A DNA stretch of 64,000 nucleotides from an uncultured virus (IMG/VR IMGVR_UViG_3300027867_000004) (taxonomy: Duplodnaviria; Heunggongvirae; Uroviricota; Caudoviricetes), in IMG/VR virus record IMGVR_UViG_3300027867_000004, one strand, 5' to 3'. Position 1 is the first letter of the stretch, and each line of letters starts with the position of its first letter. Shown here piece by piece: positions 59,050 through 64,000 of this stretch. The translations under genes were made by a program, and so were the position numbers. The notes under the pieces were generated by a model, which did not search any database, was not told where the DNA came from, and worked only from the letters and a program-made list of their open reading frames with translations.

Positions 59050-59833
59050 TGAAAATCCCTGTAGAAATTAATGGTAAGACGGTTACTATCGAGCTTACTG
59101 AAGATCAGGTTGCTTTAGTTAAAAAGCACACTGGAAAGATTACGGACCGTATCAAAACTTTCCAGGATGTGCTGGAATATATTGGTCCTAAAAGAGCAAA
59201 GCAGTTTGATGACTCCTGTGAAAATTGCTCTGATCATAATATAGCGGACAAGCAGATAGAACTGATTTGCGAGGTTTTAAATGAAGGTTGGGTTGCTGAT
59301 CCGTTCAATACCAGTCAAATTAAGTACTATCCGTATTTCCAGGTTAGCAGTTCTGCTTTTGTGTTCTACTACTACTACAGCTGGTGCCAGTTTACGGACG
59401 TTAGCTCGCGGCTTTGCTTTAAAAATTCTGATCTGGCTATTTATGCTGGTAAACAATTCATAGACATTTACAACAAACTATTATCATGAAACTTCCAATC
59501 CAGGTAAACGGTAAAACCGTAGAAATTGAACTCACCAGTGATCAGATCGATCTGGTGAAGAAAGCTAGTCAGAAAATTACTGACCAGATTAAAACTGAAC
59601 AGGATGTTTACCAGGCAGCAGGCCTTACTAAATCTGCTTGGGAAAAGATGCACGTTTTTGATCAGATTGCTTTAATCTGTAACATTTTAAATGAGGGTTG
59701 GAAAGCTGACTGGAGTGATACCAGTCAATATAAATACGAACCTTACTTTAAATGGAACGGTTCTGCTTTTGTGTTCGACGACTTCCTCTGCTGGAGCCAG
59801 TCTGCGAGCGTTGGCTCGCGGCTTTGCTTTAAA
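58906..59833 (+). repeat. Three 78-nt DGR variable-repeat-like copies
   Basis: Manual alignment: 17 variable columns, all at codon positions 1 or 2 and none at position 3; invariant TCTGCTTTTGTGTTC and TCGCGGCTTTGC blocks. Confidence 0.85.
59049..59489 (+). CDS. Putative DGR target protein 2 (VR 59346-59423)
   Basis: Same domain, with an extra N-terminal MKIPVEINGKTVTIELT segment. Confidence 0.8.
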   Translation: MKIPVEINGKTVTIELTEDQVALVKKHTGKITDRIKTFQDVLEYIGPKRAKQFDDSCENCSDHNIADKQIELICEVLNEGWVADPFNTSQIKYYPYFQVSSSAFVFYYYYSWCQFTDVSSRLCFKNSDLAIYAGKQFIDIYNKLLS

Positions 59834-59902
59834 AATAGTGAACTGGCCACTTATGCAGGAAAGACTTTCATCCATCTATATAATAAATTATTGAGTTTGT
59901 AA
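59486..59902 (+). CDS. Putative DGR target protein 3 (VR 59756-59833)
   Basis: Same domain, with N-terminal MKLPIQVNGKTVEIELT. Confidence 0.8.
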   Translation: MKLPIQVNGKTVEIELTSDQIDLVKKASQKITDQIKTEQDVYQAAGLTKSAWEKMHVFDQIALICNILNEGWKADWSDTSQYKYEPYFKWNGSAFVFDDFLCWSQSASVGSRLCFKNSELATYAGKTFIHLYNKLLSL

Positions 59903-59915
59903 TTTCACCGGCGCA

Positions 59916-60383
59916 ATGGGTAAGAAAAAAGGTAAGCAGCATCTTGAATCAAAAACCAAGCTGTTTGAACGCTGGGCATCAATGCATTCCAGGTGTAAGC
60001 CAAACTGGCACAGGCATGAATCTTATTTTGATAAGGGTGTTACTGTTTGCCCTGAATGGAGCTCTTTTGTAGAGTTTAAAAAATGGGCTTTATCAAATGG
60101 CTTTGATCCGTCATTACAGCTTGACCGAAGGGATAATAACAAAGGTTATTCGCCTGATAATTGTAGGTGGATAACCCGTGGTGAGAATAACCTAAACCGA
60201 TCCAATACACTGTTTGTAGATTACGAAGGTGAAAGAATAGCATTAGCTTTATTGAGTCAGAAACTAGGATGGAACAAAAATACCTATAATTTAGTCAGGT
60301 ATAGAATTTCGCGCGGATGGCCCTTAGAGAATGCTTTGAACACTAAAGTTAGTTTTAAGGGTCAAAAGCCTGTTATTGTGTAA
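59916..60383 (+). CDS. HNH-like homing endonuclease
   Basis: WASMHSRC, GVTVCPEW and LDRRDNNKGYSPDNCRWIT...N.NR. Confidence 0.85.
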   Translation: MGKKKGKQHLESKTKLFERWASMHSRCKPNWHRHESYFDKGVTVCPEWSSFVEFKKWALSNGFDPSLQLDRRDNNKGYSPDNCRWITRGENNLNRSNTLFVDYEGERIALALLSQKLGWNKNTYNLVRYRISRGWPLENALNTKVSFKGQKPVIV

Positions 60384-60540
60384 ATTTAAAAAATATGAAA
60401 AGAACAGCAACCCACCCGCCGGTCGTACCCAAGGGGTACACGGGTCGTGATTTTAATAACTGGCAGCGTTATCTCCAGGGAGAGATAAGCCTGGTCTACA
60501 TGGACCGGAAACAAATGAAGGTATTAGAACAACTTGTGAA

Positions 60541-60756
60541 ATGAAACTTGTCATAGAAGAACCACTTCAGGAAAGCATTTTCTGTTATAACCTTAGATTT
60601 GATCATCAGTACGGTTCTGCCCGGGATTGGATCCAGTTTCGCAGGGCTAATCTAAAAATCACTACTGTTTTATGGTTCACACTGAGTCCCGTTTATTGGG
60701 TGGAATGTGAAACGTTATATAATCCGAGATGTCACGCAATGATAATTTTGAATTAA
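60541..60756 (+). CDS. Hypothetical protein; an unlisted 49-aa ORF at 60395-60544 precedes it
   Basis: Coupled short ORFs. Confidence 0.5.
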   Translation: MKLVIEEPLQESIFCYNLRFDHQYGSARDWIQFRRANLKITTVLWFTLSPVYWVECETLYNPRCHAMIILN

Positions 60757-60757
60757 A

Positions 60758-61042
60758 ATGGCTGAAGCGTATATTGAGAGCAGGCTTAGAGACGCTGTAA
60801 AGCGATTAGGAGGATTAGCCATAAAACTATACGCCTATTCCTTTACAGGGCTTCCTGACAGGCTTATTTTAATGCCTGGTGGCAAAATAGCTTTCGTAGA
60901 GACTAAATTTTCTGAAAAGAAACCCAGGCCAAGGCAATTAGCGGTTCACAGGCAGCTGGAAAAGTTGGGGTTCAGGGTGTTTGTTGTACGGACGAATGAA
61001 GATTTAAAATTATTTATAGATGAATGTATTAAGCCTTTTTGA
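60758..61042 (+). CDS. VRR-NUC domain nuclease
   Basis: EAYIE..L, GLPDRLILMPGG...FVETK and RPRQ...HRQL..LGF.V.VV. Confidence 0.9.
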   Translation: MAEAYIESRLRDAVKRLGGLAIKLYAYSFTGLPDRLILMPGGKIAFVETKFSEKKPRPRQLAVHRQLEKLGFRVFVVRTNEDLKLFIDECIKPF

Positions 61043-62009
61043 TGGATGTAGTTGCGCAATGATTGCACTGGATCGTGCAGGAATACCTGTTGAGCAATAT
61101 TTTGCCAGTGAAATCGATAAATATGCCATCCAGGTAAGTAAAGCCAATTGGCCGGATATTATTCATATCGGGGATGTCACCAAGGTAAGCTACTTTGAAG
61201 GTGTTCTGTATACCGAGTTCGGGCAGTATAAGGTTAGTTTTGCGGGAGGAATGATCTGCGGGGGCAGCCCGTGCCAGGGTTTTTCTTTTGCCGGCAAACA
61301 ACTTAACTTCGAAGATCCGCGCAGCAAGCTGTTCTTTGAGTTTGTCCGTATCTACGAAGAGATCAAACTGGAGCATCCGGACGTAAAAGTATTTCTGGAA
61401 AACGTGATGATGAAGAAAGAATATCAGGCAGTGATCAGTAAAGCTTTGGGCATGGAATGCATAATGATAAATTCAGCATTAGTTTCTGCACAGAACAGAA
61501 AACGACTGTATTGGACCAATATTCCGTTTCAAGGCCAACCTACTGATCGGGGTATTTTGTTGAAAGATATTTTGATAGATGCAAGAGCGGTTTTAAGATG
61601 GCAAAATAAAAAACAAGGGGCGGTAATTGATTTTGAAAAGTCAGCTACTTTATGTGCCTCAGATAAAACTGGTTTATCAAAAATTCAATTCGTTATCAGA
61701 AATAAATTTTTCGATACAGAACAAAAAATCAAAAATTTTAGCCACAACCAATACGCTACCACAAATAACGGTAGAATAAGTTCATTGTCCTCTATAAAAG
61801 ATAATGGGATTATTTGCAATGGATTATTCGATACAGGAGAACATATTAATCAATTAACAATGATCGAATCGGAACGGTTACAAGGCGTTCCAGATGATTA
61901 TTCTAATTGTGTAAGTAAATCACAACGTTACAGAATGCTCGGAAATGGATGGAACGTGGACACTATTGTTCATTTGTTTGAACCTTTATTATATGGTGAT
62001 ATCTTATGA
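61020..62009 (+). CDS. C5-cytosine DNA methyltransferase
   Basis: LSLFDG (I), GGSPCQGFS (IV), ENV (VI), QNRKRLYW (VIII), ERLQG (IX) and LGNGW (X). Confidence 0.92.
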   Translation: MNVLSLFDGCSCAMIALDRAGIPVEQYFASEIDKYAIQVSKANWPDIIHIGDVTKVSYFEGVLYTEFGQYKVSFAGGMICGGSPCQGFSFAGKQLNFEDPRSKLFFEFVRIYEEIKLEHPDVKVFLENVMMKKEYQAVISKALGMECIMINSALVSAQNRKRLYWTNIPFQGQPTDRGILLKDILIDARAVLRWQNKKQGAVIDFEKSATLCASDKTGLSKIQFVIRNKFFDTEQKIKNFSHNQYATTNNGRISSLSSIKDNGIICNGLFDTGEHINQLTMIESERLQGVPDDYSNCVSKSQRYRMLGNGWNVDTIVHLFEPLLYGDIL

Positions 62010-63394
62010 AATATTCGCCTCATCAATATCAGGTCCGGGGTACGGCCCATATTCTCGACAATGATGTCCAGGATACACGCTCCAGAGGATGCTTCTTTAC
62101 TGTAGGAACAGGTAAGTCAGTGATGTCATTGACGGCTATTGTAGAGTTGCTCTCGAACATGGAGATAAACAAACCGCTCATTATCGGGCCGTCTAGGGTT
62201 GTCTCGCACACGTGGCCAAAAGAAATTAAAAAATGGGATCATACTAATTATCTGACCATTTCTGTCATTCAGCACACTTCGAATCGAGCGTCAGAACAGC
62301 AGCGCATAAAAGCTTTAAATACTTCTGCAGATATTTATGCGGTGAGCAGGGACAACATTGCATGGCTTGTGCGTTATTGTGCCAAGACGTTTAAACGTTG
62401 GCCGTTTGATCTGCTGATTATAGATGAATTAAGCAATTATCGTAACCCGTCAACCCAACGTTTTAAAGCTATTAGAAAAATTTTACCTTATTGCCGGCAG
62501 GTGATAGGTCTTACAGGAACTCCAGCTCCAAGCCAATTACTAGGACTATGGAGTCAGGTTTTTTTACTTGATAAAGGGAAACGCCTTGGGACTACATACG
62601 GGGCTTACAAGGATAAGTACTTTATGCCAGGTGCACGTTCAGGGCATATCGTGTACAGTTACATTTTAAAGAAAGGCGCTGAGCAGGAAATATATGATGC
62701 CATAAAGGACATCTGTATGTCCATGTCCGTTGAGGATTACTTATCGTTACCTGAACGAACCGATATTTATGAGGAAATTGAATTAGAAGATTTTGACAGG
62801 TATTTAGAATTTAAGAAAACAGAAGTTTTAAAATTTGCTGACGGACAAGAATTAACCCCTGTCAACGCTGCAGGACTTTATAATTTGCTTTTACAGTACT
62901 CTAATGGAGCTATCTACCGACACAGGGAAGATGGAAGCAGGTATTATGAAGTGATAAATGGTAGCAAGCTCGACGCTATTTGCTCTGATGTAGAAGAATT
63001 GCAGGGTGAGCCCGTACTAATCGTTTTTCAGTTCATCTCAGATTATGAGCGCCTTCAAAAAGCTATTCCGCATTTACGAAAAATTTCTACTGATCAGGAC
63101 ATTGATGACTGGAATAATAAAAAAATCTCTGTAGCATGTGCACAGATCAATTCTATAGCTTACGGCATCAATATGCAAGATGGTGGTCATCATCTTTTTT
63201 GGTACTCCCTGCCATGGGATTTAGAGCTATACATTCAGTTCCTGGGCCGTTTGCACAGGCAGGGGCAGCTTAAACATGTGATCAATAAGCATTATGTAAT
63301 TAAGGGGGGGATTGAGGAATTGATCCGGGAACGATTGGCTGGCAAATATAATACGCAACAGAAATTAATGGAGGCACTTAAACGTTATTTATAA
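62006..63394 (+). CDS. SNF2-family helicase
   Basis: GTGKS, IIDELS, GLTGTP, GINMQDGG and QFLGRLHRQGQ. Confidence 0.9.
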   Translation: MKYSPHQYQVRGTAHILDNDVQDTRSRGCFFTVGTGKSVMSLTAIVELLSNMEINKPLIIGPSRVVSHTWPKEIKKWDHTNYLTISVIQHTSNRASEQQRIKALNTSADIYAVSRDNIAWLVRYCAKTFKRWPFDLLIIDELSNYRNPSTQRFKAIRKILPYCRQVIGLTGTPAPSQLLGLWSQVFLLDKGKRLGTTYGAYKDKYFMPGARSGHIVYSYILKKGAEQEIYDAIKDICMSMSVEDYLSLPERTDIYEEIELEDFDRYLEFKKTEVLKFADGQELTPVNAAGLYNLLLQYSNGAIYRHREDGSRYYEVINGSKLDAICSDVEELQGEPVLIVFQFISDYERLQKAIPHLRKISTDQDIDDWNNKKISVACAQINSIAYGINMQDGGHHLFWYSLPWDLELYIQFLGRLHRQGQLKHVINKHYVIKGGIEELIRERLAGKYNTQQKLMEALKRYL

Positions 63395-64000
63395 TACCTT
63401 CTTATCCTTTTACTGGATATTAAATCTGTGTAATCCATATGGGGGTATTTAGTTATTCTGTAGCGTATAATTTCTCTATGCAGGCCAGATATTTCAGCGA
63501 TTTGGGAAAGTGTTAATTTGCCATTAGGTGTATTAATAAAAACATTTCTTGCGGTATTTCTGCTTTGTTCCTTACGGGTAGACCATTTACAATTTTCAGG
63601 AGTATAGTTACCGTTACTATCTATTCTATCAATAGTTAATTCAGGAGAATAAGTTGAAAACATATCTTCTTTAAAATTTAGATAACTTTCCCATCTTTCA
63701 CATAGAGAAATTCCGCGACCGCCGTACCGATCATAATGAGCAGCGGTTGGATTATTGCATCTAAGTTTCATACCTGACCAAATTTTATAAAATCTGGTTT
63801 TATATTCACCGTGTATTTTTCTACAATTTAGAAATAAACAGCCACAACTTTTTGTTCTTCCCGATGAAATACTTACCCCTTTTATTGTAAATTCTTTTCC
63901 ACAATAGCAGCTACACAGCCAATGAGATTCTTTTCCGTTTCGTGATTCAACTTCATAAAGTACGACAACGCCATTAAAAACTTTTCCTTTTAAATCTAAC
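63385..64000 (-). CDS. HNH-like homing endonuclease on the opposite strand; start lies beyond the window end
   Basis: The frame stays open to the window end: LDLKGKVF...WLCSCYCG...TKSCGC...IWSGMKLRCNNP...YGGRGI...IDRIDSNGNYTPENCKWST. Confidence 0.85.
   Translation of the reverse strand, partial: LDLKGKVFNGVVVLYEVESRNGKESHWLCSCYCGKEFTIKGVSISSGRTKSCGCLFLNCRKIHGEYKTRFYKIWSGMKLRCNNPTAAHYDRYGGRGISLCERWESYLNFKEDMFSTYSPELTIDRIDSNGNYTPENCKWSTRKEQSRNTARNVFINTPNGKLTLSQIAEISGLHREIIRYRITKYPHMDYTDLISSKRIRRYYK

Noticed and set aside
60384..60544. DGR template repeat downstream of the targets
   Set aside because: It contains AATAACTGG but neither invariant VR block, and reads as an ordinary 49-aa ORF.
1..64000. 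Stop-codon reassignment as seen in some crAss-like phages
   Set aside because: Long genes are intact in the standard code, and TAA, TAG and TGA all end coupled genes.
1..64000. tRNA genes, integrase/att sites, introns or inteins
   Set aside because: None recognised by eye; terL, capsid, primase and helicase look uninterrupted. tRNAscan-SE and HMM searches are needed to be certain.

Overview
The window is most of a dsDNA tailed-phage genome with a probable Bacteroidota host. The evidence for the host is TAnnTTTG promoter boxes, Gln-after-signal-peptide exported proteins and a BT4734/VirE-type primase-helicase. The + strand at 1-5.9 kb and 52.4-63.4 kb carries early and replication genes: DEDDh exonuclease, DUF2815-type SSB, ArdC N-domain, an iteron-rich origin, primase-helicase, NUDIX, VRR-NUC, C5 DNA methylase and SNF2 helicase. 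The - strand at 5.9-51.1 kb is a podovirus-type, crAss-like late region: an 8-gene glycosyl/methyltransferase cluster, a GroES-like protein, terminase, portal, scaffold, major capsid, tail ring and muzzle proteins, ejection proteins, an ATP-grasp ligase, fibre/adhesin proteins with signal peptides, and a GH25 lysin. The strongest signal is three tandem small paralogues (58714-59902) that each carry a 78-nt repeat varying only at codon positions 1 and 2, the signature of diversity-generating retroelement (DGR) variable repeats. They are not tail fibres, and I found no template repeat or reverse transcriptase in the window. I saw no integrase, DNA or RNA polymerase, tRNA or CRISPR array. All protein calls come from motif recognition by eye, not database searches.
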